From: Candidatus Omnitrophota bacterium
GTDB lineage: Bacteria; Omnitrophota; Gorgyraeia; Gygaellales; Profunditerraquicolaceae
NCBI GenBank assembly: GCA_043797735.1
Contig: JAZDPH010000035.1
Location: 1-61,777, forward strand
DNA length: 61,777 bases
Reading direction: 5' to 3'
Shown: piece after piece, positions 41,087 through 50,368 of the stretch
How positions within the stretch are numbered: position 1 is the stretch's first letter
Layout: every line of letters begins with the position of its first letter
Notes under the pieces: model-generated
What the model was told of the DNA's origin: nothing
Database searches by the model: none
What the model saw: only the letters and a program-made list of their open reading frames with translations
Translations under genes and position numbers: made by a program

Positions 41087-41351
41087 CTTTGAAGTTCTCC
41101 TAATGCCGGCAGCGCTTAAATTCTATAAGTCCTGCCCGGAAGAGCTGGCAAAGCGATTAAATAAGTGCTTTGAGGATATTGAAAGTAACCCTTTCTGGGG
41201 CCCGAATATCAAAGTGTTAAAAGGCCAGATGAGGCGATATAGATACCGGGTAGGAGATTACCGCGTGATTTATGGCATAGACAAAGAAAACAATAAAGTC
41301 TTTGTTACTTTAATTGCCTCCCGGCCCTCTGCATACAGAAATATAAATTGA
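41079..41351 (+). CDS. RelE/ParE-family type II toxin
   Basis: 90 aa with the YRYRVGDYRVIYGIDKENNKVFVTLIASR core typical of RelE/ParE toxins. GTG start overlaps the antitoxin stop. Confidence 0.85.
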   Translation: MGNFEVLLMPAALKFYKSCPEELAKRLNKCFEDIESNPFWGPNIKVLKGQMRRYRYRVGDYRVIYGIDKENNKVFVTLIASRPSAYRNIN

Positions 41352-41371
41352 CTTTGCAAACTATGCAAATA

Positions 41372-41491
41372 GAGATTGCTGAAAAATTCGATTTTCTCGT
41401 CATTGCGAGCGACCGAAGGGAGCGAAGCAATCTCAAAAAATAGATTGCTTCGGCACTTCGTGCCTCGCAATGACAATATTTCAGCAATCTC
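41372..41491. repeat. composite hairpin of the GTCATTGCGAG / CTCGCAATGAC family
   Basis: Outer stem GAGATTGCTGAAA/TTTCAGCAATCTC. Boxes GTCATTGCGAGCGA, GAAGCAATCTC, AGATTGCTTCG and CTCGCAATGAC. Confidence 0.8.
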
Positions 41492-41502
41492 AAATATTTT
41501 AC

Positions 41503-41531
41503 TTGACGGCTGCCGATTAAAAATGTATACT
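41503..41531 (+). promoter_or_regulatory. possible sigma70-like promoter of the TPR gene
   Basis: TTGACG (41503-41508), 17 nt, TATACT (41526-41531). Confidence 0.45.
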
Positions 41532-42302
41532 ATAAATAATCGCATGAATAATCCCAACCGAAATAATTACCTAAAGATAACAGCAGTAATATCGACCCTC
41601 TTTATTTCTGTCTTTCTTTTGGCCGCGCAGGTTTTAGCGGCCGAAGAATTGTCGGCAAAGCAGAAGGAGGCGCGCGCATACCGCGCCGAAGGGGTAAAAC
41701 ACCAAAACGCCGGAGATTTGACGGCTGCGTCAAGCTACTATCAGAGAGCAACAACGGTGGATCCGTTTTATGCCGTAGCTTATAATGACCTGGGTATAAT
41801 ATACGAAGCCCAAGGCAATACCGAGCAGGCAAAGCAGCTTTACCTGAAGGCAATAGAATTAGAGCCTAATTTTTTGAGCGCCTATACTAATTTGGCGTTA
41901 GTTTACGAACAGGAACGCGACCTCAACAAAGCCGCTTATTATTGGAGGAAAAGAGCTGAACTTGGCAACCTTCAAGACTCCTGGACAATAAGAGCAATAA
42001 GCCGCTTGGCAGATATAGAAGCGGTTCTTTATGCCGAACCTGTCAAAGAAGGCCGAGAGCGCCAGGCTGCTGAACTCTCCCGCAAGATAAAGGCCGAGAA
42101 ATCCTTTCTAGTAGATGGCGATAATGAACAAGCCAATAAGGCGCTTGCCAAGAAGTATTTTGCAAGGGCAAAGAGGTTCTACAAAGAAGGGAAGGAGTTA
42201 GCGGCTTTTAAAGTGGCCAGTGAAGCTAATTACCTTGATCCCTCCGATGCCAAAATCCAAGAATTCATGGGTAAAATCTCAACAAAAATATTATCGCAAT
42301 AA
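41523..42302 (+). CDS. secreted tetratricopeptide-repeat protein
   Basis: Signal-like N-terminus and TPR repeats (AVAYNDLGIIYEAQGNTEQAKQLYLKAIELEPNF...). The longer ORF from 41376 runs through a repeat hairpin. ATG 41544 is an alternative start if the promoter at 41503-41531 is real. Confidence 0.75.
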   Translation: MYTINNRMNNPNRNNYLKITAVISTLFISVFLLAAQVLAAEELSAKQKEARAYRAEGVKHQNAGDLTAASSYYQRATTVDPFYAVAYNDLGIIYEAQGNTEQAKQLYLKAIELEPNFLSAYTNLALVYEQERDLNKAAYYWRKRAELGNLQDSWTIRAISRLADIEAVLYAEPVKEGRERQAAELSRKIKAEKSFLVDGDNEQANKALAKKYFARAKRFYKEGKELAAFKVASEANYLDPSDAKIQEFMGKISTKILSQ

Positions 42303-42363
42303 AACGCCACGGAGTTTAAAGCCGGAGTTCCCTACCAAAAAGAATTTCCATGCAATCTAATTA

Positions 42364-44901
42364 ATGAAAGGTAAGAGTTTATATTTAATAGACGCTAATG
42401 CTTTTTGTTATAGAGCATTTTATGCGCTGCAGGGGCTTTCCACTTCCTTCGGCCAGCCTACGAATGCCATATACGGTTTTTTAAACATATTCAATAAAAT
42501 CTTAAAAGAAAAAAAGCCCGAATACCTGGCGGTCTGTTTTGACGTTTCAAGGGAGACCTTCAGGACCAAGAAATTCGCGCAGTATAAGATGCAGCGGCCC
42601 CCTATGCCCGATGGCCTCCTTTCGCAGATTCCTTTTATAAAAGAGATAATTTCCGCTTACGGCATAAGGATTTTTGAAAAAGAGGGGTTTGAGGCGGATG
42701 ATGTTATTGCCACGCTTACCGAAAGAGCCGCCAAAAGCGGGTTATCCGTTACCATCGTCAGCCCTGATAAGGATATCCTGCAGTTAGTGGATGAGCATAC
42801 CCTGGTTTTAAGCCCGCATAAGAACCAGGAGCTGATTTATGACCGCCAGAAGGTGATTGAACGTTTCGGCGTGGGGCCGGAAGGGATACCTGATATCATC
42901 GCCCTGATGGGGGATAGCGCTGATAATATACCCGGGGCAGCCGGCATCGGAGAAAAGACCGCCCGGGATTTAATTACCCGTTTCGGCTCTATAGATAAAT
43001 TGTTGAATAACTTAGGCGATGTAAAACAGGAAAAACTGCGCCGGATAATTTCCGAGAATATCCAGCAGATAAAATTAAGCAGGGAGCTGGCTGTTTTGGA
43101 TAAAAACGTTGAAATCAAATTTGACCCGCAGGAGCTAAAGCCCGCCGAGAGCGACCTTAAGGAGCTGCTAAGGTTATTTAAATACCTGGAATTTAAGAAA
43201 TTACTAAAAGAGTTGCCACTTCCGGAAGAAAAAAGGAAAGGGCTAGAGATTGAGAGCTTAGGGGGCAGCCGCTTTAGGGAACTGGCAATAGAGGCGCAGG
43301 AGTTGTTTTTATGCGGAGAAAGCAGGGAGGAGTTAGTTTTTTGCGTAAAGGGGAAATTTTTGCGTTTATCCGCTTTTGATAAACAGGCCGCCGAAATTTT
43401 AGCCGGCCCTGAAATTAAAAAAATCGGCCATGACCTTAAAAGAACAAAGGTTCTCCTGAACAGAGAGGGCGTGGCCCTGGACGGGTTATCTTTTGACACT
43501 ATGATTGCCGCCTATCTATTGAATCCCTCCCGCAGCGCCTACGGATTAAGCGAACTGGCCCTGGATTACCTGGGAGAGGTAGTCCCTGATGTTTTGGCCG
43601 GGGAGGAGCGGCTTCAGTTAGTCTGCCGCTTAAAACCCGTATTGGAAAAAGAATTGCGGGAAAAATCTCTTTTTGAGCTTTTTAGCAGCCTGGAGATGCC
43701 TCTTGAGCGGGTGCTGGCAGGGATGGAGATTACCGGGGTAAGGATTGACCCGGGCCTGTTAAAGGAGCTTTCCGGCCAGGTAGAGAAGAGGCTGATAAAA
43801 TTAATTGAAAGTATTTATGAGTTAAGCGGCACGCAGTTTAATATAAATTCACCCAAGCAGCTGCGGGAGATCCTTTTTGAAAGGTTAAAGCTGCCGGTAA
43901 TCAAAAGAAGCAAGACCGGCCCCTCTACCGACGAAGAGGTGCTAAAGAAGCTGGCGGATAAGCACGAACTGCCGGCGCAGTTAGTCCAATACCGGCAGTT
44001 GACCAAACTAAAAAACACCTATATTGACATCCTGCCGCAATTAGTTGATAAGAAAACAGGCAGGATTCATACCTCCTTTAACCAGGCGGCAACCGAGACC
44101 GGGCGCCTAAGCTCCAGCGAACCGAACTTGCAGAATATCCCGGTAAAGACCGATATCGGCAGAAATATCAGGCGGGCGATAATCTCTTCGGACAAGAATT
44201 ATTACCTTTTATCCTGTGATTATTCACAGATAGAGTTAAGGATACTGGCACACCTTTCAGGCGACCGGGATTTAATCTCTGCCTTTAAGGAGGGTAAGGA
44301 TATCCATCGGCACTGTGCCTCCCTGATATACGGCGTAGAGGAGAAAGATGTCAGCGATGCTATGCGCGATACGGCCAAGAGGGTCAATTTCGGCATTGTT
44401 TACGGCTTGAGCTCTTACGGCTTAAGCCGGGATTTGAATATAGCGGTGGGGGAGTCCCAGCAGTTTATTGATGCATACTTTGCCAGGTATCCGCAGGTTA
44501 AGGATTATATCCAGGAGCAAATTGCAAAGGCCGCAAAAGACGGTTTTGTAACCACCCTTCTGGGCAGGCGCAGGTATATCCCCCAGATAAATAATAAAAA
44601 CCAGGGGATACGCCAGTTTGCCGAGCGGCAGGCGGTGAATACCCCTATTCAGGGTTCGGCCTCGGATTTAATAAAATTAGCGATGGTGCATATATATGAA
44701 AAAATGGTTTCCGCAAAATTAAAGGCAAGGATGGTTTTGCAGATTCACGATGAACTGGTATTTGACTGTCCTGAATCGGAGCTGAAGGGGCTAGCCGCGC
44801 TGGTAAAAGAAAGAATGGAAAACGCGATGAAGTTAAAGGTGCCGGTAGAGGTGGATATTAAAAAGGGAAGAAACTGGCTGGAGATGGAGCCGATAGAATG
44901 A
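42364..44901 (+). CDS. polA: DNA polymerase I
   Basis: 5'-nuclease domain (LIDANAFCYRAFYAL), family A polymerase motifs (DYSQIELRILAH, RRxAKxxNFGxxYG-like, QIHDELVF). I did not see the central 3'-5' exonuclease acidic motifs. Confidence 0.95.
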   Translation: MKGKSLYLIDANAFCYRAFYALQGLSTSFGQPTNAIYGFLNIFNKILKEKKPEYLAVCFDVSRETFRTKKFAQYKMQRPPMPDGLLSQIPFIKEIISAYGIRIFEKEGFEADDVIATLTERAAKSGLSVTIVSPDKDILQLVDEHTLVLSPHKNQELIYDRQKVIERFGVGPEGIPDIIALMGDSADNIPGAAGIGEKTARDLITRFGSIDKLLNNLGDVKQEKLRRIISENIQQIKLSRELAVLDKNVEIKFDPQELKPAESDLKELLRLFKYLEFKKLLKELPLPEEKRKGLEIESLGGSRFRELAIEAQELFLCGESREELVFCVKGKFLRLSAFDKQAAEILAGPEIKKIGHDLKRTKVLLNREGVALDGLSFDTMIAAYLLNPSRSAYGLSELALDYLGEVVPDVLAGEERLQLVCRLKPVLEKELREKSLFELFSSLEMPLERVLAGMEITGVRIDPGLLKELSGQVEKRLIKLIESIYELSGTQFNINSPKQLREILFERLKLPVIKRSKTGPSTDEEVLKKLADKHELPAQLVQYRQLTKLKNTYIDILPQLVDKKTGRIHTSFNQAATETGRLSSSEPNLQNIPVKTDIGRNIRRAIISSDKNYYLLSCDYSQIELRILAHLSGDRDLISAFKEGKDIHRHCASLIYGVEEKDVSDAMRDTAKRVNFGIVYGLSSYGLSRDLNIAVGESQQFIDAYFARYPQVKDYIQEQIAKAAKDGFVTTLLGRRRYIPQINNKNQGIRQFAERQAVNTPIQGSASDLIKLAMVHIYEKMVSAKLKARMVLQIHDELVFDCPESELKGLAALVKERMENAMKLKVPVEVDIKKGRNWLEMEPIE

Positions 44902-46253
44902 AGATAGCAATTGCCGCTTCGGAGGCGGTGCCCTTTGCCAAGACCGGCGGCCTGGCGGATGTAACCGGCGCCCTGGGCCTGGCGCTTGAAAAGCTGGGCG
45001 CAGAGGTTGTTCTTATTCTGCCGCGCTATAAATGCATAGGCAGGGCCGCAGGCCATACTGTTATCGGCAGGAACCTGCGGGTTTATTTTATAGAAAACGA
45101 AGATTATTTCGGACGCGACGGCTTATACGGCGACAAAAAAGGGGATTATAAGGATAACCTGGCCAGGTTTAGCTTTTACTGCCGCCGGGCGCTGGAGTTA
45201 TTAAAGGAAATAGATTTCAAGCCGCAGATACTCCACCTGCATGACTGGCAGGCATCATTAATTCCGGTATACCTAAAGGCAAAATATAATAACGACCCCT
45301 TTTATAAGGATATAAAAACTCTGTTGACCGTGCATAATATCGGCTACCAGGGTATTTTTCCCAAAGAGCAGTTTTCTGATTTGGGGCTGAATGAGAGTTT
45401 TTTTGGTATTGATGGGTTAGAGTTTTACGGAAAAATAAACCTCCTTAAGGGCGGGCTGGAATTCAGCGATATTATCAATACCGTCAGTCCGACTTACAGC
45501 CGCCAAATCCAGGGCAAGGAGCTTGGATTCGGGCTGGAGGGGGTTTTGAGGAAGCGTAAAAATGAGCTTTTCGGCATCTTAAACGGCCTGGATTATTCGC
45601 TATGGAGCCCGCAGGATGACGATTTTGTTGCGCAGAAGTATTCTTTTGAAACCCTGCAGGATAAGCATAAAAACAAAGAGGCCCTGCAGGAGTTGTGCGG
45701 TTTTCAAAAGAAGCCGGAACTGCCGCTTGTGGGCATGGTTTCAAGGCTGGCTCAGCAGAAGGGGCTGGATATTTTAAGCGAGTCGCTTGAGGCTATCTCT
45801 AAAATGAATCTGCAGCTGGTTATTCTGGGCACCGGGGATTTAAAATACCACCGGCTCCTGCAGAAGGCAGCCAGGAGGCATTCTGAGACAGTATCCTTGC
45901 ATTTAAAATTTGATAACACGCTTGCGCATAAGATATACGCCGGCAGCGATATTTTTCTTATGCCCTCCAGGTATGAGCCTTGCGGCCTGGGGCAGATGAT
46001 CAGCTTAAGGTACGGGACAATCCCCGTAGTATTTAAGACCGGGGGCCTTGCGGATACGGTGAATAGTGATAACGGGTTTGTATTTGATGATTATAAGAAA
46101 GAAGCGCTGCTGGCTGCGCTAACCCATGCAATAGCCGCCTTCAAAGACAAAAAGAAATGGTTTGTATTAATGGGGCGGGCGATGGAATCCGATTTCTCCT
46201 GGGAGGAGTCGGCTAAAAAATACATGGAGCTTTATGCAAGAATCAGGGGCTAA
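44898..46253 (+). CDS. glgA: glycogen synthase
   Basis: SEAVPFAKTGGLADV N-terminus, HDWQ, and SRYEPCGL in the C-terminal GT domain. Confidence 0.92.
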   Translation: MKIAIAASEAVPFAKTGGLADVTGALGLALEKLGAEVVLILPRYKCIGRAAGHTVIGRNLRVYFIENEDYFGRDGLYGDKKGDYKDNLARFSFYCRRALELLKEIDFKPQILHLHDWQASLIPVYLKAKYNNDPFYKDIKTLLTVHNIGYQGIFPKEQFSDLGLNESFFGIDGLEFYGKINLLKGGLEFSDIINTVSPTYSRQIQGKELGFGLEGVLRKRKNELFGILNGLDYSLWSPQDDDFVAQKYSFETLQDKHKNKEALQELCGFQKKPELPLVGMVSRLAQQKGLDILSESLEAISKMNLQLVILGTGDLKYHRLLQKAARRHSETVSLHLKFDNTLAHKIYAGSDIFLMPSRYEPCGLGQMISLRYGTIPVVFKTGGLADTVNSDNGFVFDDYKKEALLAALTHAIAAFKDKKKWFVLMGRAMESDFSWEESAKKYMELYARIRG

Positions 46254-46842
46254 AGAGAAAAAAATTATCCTCGGGCTTACCGGTAGTTTCGGCAGCGGAA
46301 AGACTACCGTTGCCGCAATACTGCGTTCCTTGGGGGCCGAGATTATAGATGCCGATAGTATTGCCCACGGCTGTTACCGTCCGGGCGCAGGGGCCTATAA
46401 AAAAATAATTGAGCTTTTTGGCCGGGATATCCTGGACAGGAATGAGAAAATAGACCGCAGGAAACTCGGGCTTAAGGTATTTAACGATAAAGGGCTGTTA
46501 AAAAAACTAAACCATATTGTCCACCCGCAGGTAAAGGATATTATCAAGGCCAGGCTTAAGCGCGCCAGGAAAAAGGTTGTGGTTATTGACGCGCCACTTT
46601 TGATAGAGGGGGGCCTGCACCGGCTTGTTCATAAATTAATTGTGGTAAAGGCCGGCCTGCCCCAGCAGTTGGAGAGGATTAGCAAAAGAGGGATTTTGAG
46701 CCGGGCCCAGATATTAAAGAGGATTAAAGCGCAGCTTCCCTTACAGTACAAGGTCCGCCTGGCGGATTTTATCATAGATAACAACGGCACAAAAAGAGAG
46801 GCCGGGAAACAGGCAGAAAAAATTTGGAAGAAAATAATTTAA
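46234..46842 (+). CDS. coaE: dephospho-CoA kinase
   Basis: [15 protein letters not shown]-loop and VIDAPLLIE. Confidence 0.9.
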   Translation: MQESGAKEKKIILGLTGSFGSGKTTVAAILRSLGAEIIDADSIAHGCYRPGAGAYKKIIELFGRDILDRNEKIDRRKLGLKVFNDKGLLKKLNHIVHPQVKDIIKARLKRARKKVVVIDAPLLIEGGLHRLVHKLIVVKAGLPQQLERISKRGILSRAQILKRIKAQLPLQYKVRLADFIIDNNGTKREAGKQAEKIWKKII

Positions 46843-46849
46843 GGAGGAG

Positions 46850-48109
46850 ATGGTGGAAAAATTAGACATCAGTAAATTAAAAGACATGAAGATGACCGAA
46901 TTAAACAAATCAGCCAAGGAGATGAAGGTTAACGGCATAAGCGGCGCCAAAAAGCAGGATCTGATTTTTAAGATATTGCAGGCGCAGGCGGAAAGGGAGG
47001 GGTTGATGTTCGGGGAGGGGATCCTGGAGATACTCTCGGAGGGATTTGGATTCCTGCGTTCCCCTAATTACAACTACCTGCCTTGTCCCGACGATATCTA
47101 CATCTCTCCTTCGCAGATAAGGAAATTTGATTTAAAGACCGGCGATACCGTCAGCGGCCAGATCCGCCCGCCTAAGGAAGGGGAGAAGTATTTTGCCCTG
47201 CTTAAGGTGGAGGCGGTCAATTTTGAAAATCCGGAGGAGGCCAAGGACAAGGTGCTTTTTGATAATCTCACTCCGGTTTATCCGCGGCAGCCTTTTATCC
47301 TGGAGATGAAGCCGGAAGAGATCTCGGTCAGGATTATGAACTTGCTTACCCCCATCGGCAAGGGGCAGCGCGGCCTGATTGTAGCCCAGCCATACAGCGG
47401 CAAGACAGTTTTATTGCAGAAGATCGCCAATGCCATCACCAACAACAACCCCGAGGTAGTATTGATTGTCCTCTTAATAGATGAGCGCCCCGAAGAGGTC
47501 ACCGATATGCAGCGTAATGTCAAGGGAGAGGTGATTTCTTCCACCTTTGATGAGCCGCCGGAAAGGCACGTGCAGGTTGCCGAAATCGTTTTAGAAAAGG
47601 CAAAGCGGCTGGTGGAGCATAAACGCGACGTTGTGATTCTCCTGGATAGCATCACCCGTCTTGCCCGGGCATACAATGCGGTTGTGCCGCACAGCGGCAA
47701 GGTTTTATCGGGAGGCATAGACTCCAACGCCCTGCAGAAGCCGAAGAGATTCTTTGGCGCTGCCCGCGCGGTGGAAGAAGGCGGGAGCCTGACCATAATC
47801 GCCACTGCCCTGGTTGATACCGGCAGCCGTATGGATGAAGTTATCTTTGAAGAGTTTAAGGGCACCGGCAATATGGAACTGCAGCTGGACCGTAACCTCT
47901 TCCAGCGCAGGATTTATCCGGCAATTGATATCAAACGTTCTAACACTCGGCACGAAGAGCTGCTGGTGAAAGATGACCAGCTGCAGAGGACCTGGATTTT
48001 ACGCAAGGTCTTGAATGAATTGAACAACGTGGAGGCAATGGAGCTTTTGATAGGCAAATTGTCAAAGACAAAGAATAACGAAGAGTTTTTAAATAGCATG
48101 AATCAATGA
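46850..48109 (+). CDS. rho: transcription termination factor Rho
   Basis: N-terminal Rho_N, CSD-like RNA-binding segment (GFGFLR), Walker A (PYSGKT), and the [13 protein letters not shown] segment. RBS AAGGAGGAG. Confidence 0.95.
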   Translation: MVEKLDISKLKDMKMTELNKSAKEMKVNGISGAKKQDLIFKILQAQAEREGLMFGEGILEILSEGFGFLRSPNYNYLPCPDDIYISPSQIRKFDLKTGDTVSGQIRPPKEGEKYFALLKVEAVNFENPEEAKDKVLFDNLTPVYPRQPFILEMKPEEISVRIMNLLTPIGKGQRGLIVAQPYSGKTVLLQKIANAITNNNPEVVLIVLLIDERPEEVTDMQRNVKGEVISSTFDEPPERHVQVAEIVLEKAKRLVEHKRDVVILLDSITRLARAYNAVVPHSGKVLSGGIDSNALQKPKRFFGAARAVEEGGSLTIIATALVDTGSRMDEVIFEEFKGTGNMELQLDRNLFQRRIYPAIDIKRSNTRHEELLVKDDQLQRTWILRKVLNELNNVEAMELLIGKLSKTKNNEEFLNSMNQ

Positions 48110-48162
48110 GTAAGGGGTAGTAGGGGAAATAAAAAATAAAACAGATAGAAAGGAAGGAAAAA

Positions 48163-48369
48163 ATGAAAGATAAGATTCATCCCAATTACAAGGGAAGCAC
48201 TATCGTCTGCGCCTGCGGGGAGACCATTCGCACCCGCTCCACCAAACCAAGCATCCGGGTGGAGATCTGCTCTAAATGCCATCCCTTTTTTACCGGCAAG
48301 CATAAACTGGTTGATTCCGCGGGAAGAGTGGAGAAGTTTAGAAGAAGATACGGCAAGAAAAAAGAGTAA
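48163..48369 (+). CDS. rpmE: 50S ribosomal protein L31
   Basis: MKDKIHP..., CxC...[10 protein letters not shown] Zn-ribbon pattern. Confidence 0.92.
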   Translation: MKDKIHPNYKGSTIVCACGETIRTRSTKPSIRVEICSKCHPFFTGKHKLVDSAGRVEKFRRRYGKKKE

Positions 48370-48375
48370 ACCGGC

Positions 48376-49440
48376 ATGTTTGAAGAGTTAGAAAAGTTAG
48401 AGCCGCGCTATAAGGAGCTGGAGGGGTTTTTGGCCTCCTATGAGACTATTCACGATAAGCAGCTCTATAATAAATACGCCAAGGAGCTTTCAAACTTAAG
48501 GGAGCCGCTGGCATTATTGCGCGAATATAAAAGGCTCTGCAGGGAGATAGAGGAAACAAAAGCGGTGCTTGAGGATAAGGGTGACAAGCAGATGCTGGAG
48601 TTAGCCGAAACAGAGGCCCGCCAGTTAGAGGAAAAGAAAAAAACGGTACAGGAAAGGCTAGAAAACCTCCTTAAGGGCGAAGACAAGGATGCCGGCCGGG
48701 ATTGTATTGTGGAGATTCGCCCCGGTACCGGCGGTATGGAGGCAGGCCTGTTTGCCGCCTCACTTTACCGGATGTATACAAAGTATGCCGCAAGACATGA
48801 CTGGGGCGTTGAGACGATGTCCTCTAGCGCCACCGAATTAGGCGGGATAAAGGAAGTGGTATTCAGCGTTAGGGGCCGGGACGCCTACGGGAGGCTTAAA
48901 TTTGAGAGCGGTGTTCATCGGGTGCAGCGCGTGCCTGCTACCGAAGCCCAGGGCAGGATTCATACCTCTACTGCCACGGTGGCGGTATTGGCTGAGCCGC
49001 AGGAGGTGGAGCTGGTTATTGAGCCGAAGGACTTAAGAATTGATACTTACAGGTCTTCCGGGCCGGGCGGCCAGCATATGCAGAAGACGGATTCGGCGGT
49101 AAGGATTACTCACGTCCCCAGCGGAGTGGTAGTTACCTGTCAGGACGAGCGTTCGCAGGGAAAAAATAAGGCTAAGGCAATGCGTATCCTGCGTGCGCGT
49201 ATCCTGGATATTAAGGAGCAGAACGAGGCCAAAAAAATCGCCCGGGAACGTAAATCACAGGTCGGCACAGGCGAACGCAGCGAAAAAATACGCACTTATA
49301 ACTTTCCGGACCGGCGGGTAACCGATCACCGCATAAATTTTACCTCCCATCAATTAGAGGCGGTGCTGGAGGGGGATTTGGATGAGATTTCAGACGCGTT
49401 GATAAAGGCCTCTGAAGGAAAAAAAGAGGCAGGGCAATGA
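48376..49440 (+). CDS. prfA: peptide chain release factor 1
   Basis: PAT tripeptide (RVPATE) and SGPGGQ motif. Confidence 0.95.
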   Translation: MFEELEKLEPRYKELEGFLASYETIHDKQLYNKYAKELSNLREPLALLREYKRLCREIEETKAVLEDKGDKQMLELAETEARQLEEKKKTVQERLENLLKGEDKDAGRDCIVEIRPGTGGMEAGLFAASLYRMYTKYAARHDWGVETMSSSATELGGIKEVVFSVRGRDAYGRLKFESGVHRVQRVPATEAQGRIHTSTATVAVLAEPQEVELVIEPKDLRIDTYRSSGPGGQHMQKTDSAVRITHVPSGVVVTCQDERSQGKNKAKAMRILRARILDIKEQNEAKKIARERKSQVGTGERSEKIRTYNFPDRRVTDHRINFTSHQLEAVLEGDLDEISDALIKASEGKKEAGQ

Positions 49441-50282
49441 CCGAGAGCGAATTACTATTTTGCGATGTCCTCAAATGCGGCCGGTTGTCTTTATACCTTA
49501 ATAAAAAGTCCCTGCTAAACAGAGATGAATGCGCAAGGATTTCTTTAGCTTTAAAGAGGAGGGCGCGGGGCGAACCCCTCCAGTATATTTTAGGAAAGAG
49601 CGAATTTATGGGGTTGACTTTTAAGGTTGCCCCTGAGGTGTTGATACCGCGGCCGGAGACGGAGATTCTTGTTGAGACGGCATTGAGGGTGGCCGGCAGC
49701 CGCGCATCTGTGCAGGCCCGTAAGTTAAAGATTCTAGATATAGGAACGGGCTCAGGGTGTGTGGCAGTGTCTTTAGCGAAATTCCTGCCCGAGGCAGAAA
49801 TTTACGCCAGCGATATCTCGGCAGAGGCTTTGGAAGTGGCGAAAGAGAACGCGTCATTGAATAATGTAAATATAGAATTTATCCAGAGCGATTTATTTTC
49901 CAGCCGTGGACTGTCGACTGTGCCTGCCTGCCGGACAGGCAGGGACTATGGACTAATTGTCAGTAATCCACCATATATTCCCAGCGCGGAGATTGCTAAA
50001 CTTCAGCCGGAAATACAATATGAACCCAGGGCCGCCTTAGACGGGGGCGCCGACGGGGCGTCGTTCTTTCGGCGCATTATCAGGGGTTCCCTGGATAATT
50101 TATGCGCCGGGGGTTTTCTTATAATGGAGATGGGTTTTAATCAGGCGCCGGAGGTAGGAAAGATTTTCCAAAAATACCCCGATTTTGAAATAATAGAAGT
50201 GGCCAAGGATTATAGCGGCATTGAGAGGGTAATTGTTGCTAAGAAAGTTATAAATGGAGGACATCTTTCTTGCACGAATTAG
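49437..50282 (+). CDS. prmC: release-factor glutamine N5-methyltransferase
   Basis: PRPETE, DIGTGSG and NPPY motifs. Carries an in-frame palindromic element just upstream of NPPY. The 3' end overlaps a word-repeat hairpin. Confidence 0.9.
   Translation: MTESELLFCDVLKCGRLSLYLNKKSLLNRDECARISLALKRRARGEPLQYILGKSEFMGLTFKVAPEVLIPRPETEILVETALRVAGSRASVQARKLKILDIGTGSGCVAVSLAKFLPEAEIYASDISAEALEVAKENASLNNVNIEFIQSDLFSSRGLSTVPACRTGRDYGLIVSNPPYIPSAEIAKLQPEIQYEPRAALDGGADGASFFRRIIRGSLDNLCAGGFLIMEMGFNQAPEVGKIFQKYPDFEIIEVAKDYSGIERVIVAKKVINGGHLSCTN
49907..49955 (+). repeat. palindromic element embedded in frame in prmC
   Basis: GTGGACTGTCGACTGTG-CCTGCCTG-CCGGA-CAGGCAGG-GACTATGGACTA. Confidence 0.8.
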
Positions 50283-50350
50283 CACGAATAAAATTCGAAT
50301 TGTCACAAATAGATTTGTGTAAATTCGATAAAAATTCGTGATAATTTGTG
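50271..50350. repeat. word-repeat hairpin (CACGAAT/ATTCGTG and CACAAAT/ATTTGTG words)
   Basis: Overlaps the prmC stop and fills the prmC-murA spacer. Confidence 0.75.
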
Positions 50351-50368
50351 TAAAAAATTTATTTTTTA

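Noticed and set aside
41270-41557. Minus-strand ORFs 41270-41557 and 41305-41493, and the 5' extension of the TPR ORF from 41376
   Set aside because: They span the composite hairpin 41372-41491. The TPR protein has a plausible start and signal peptide at 41523/41544.
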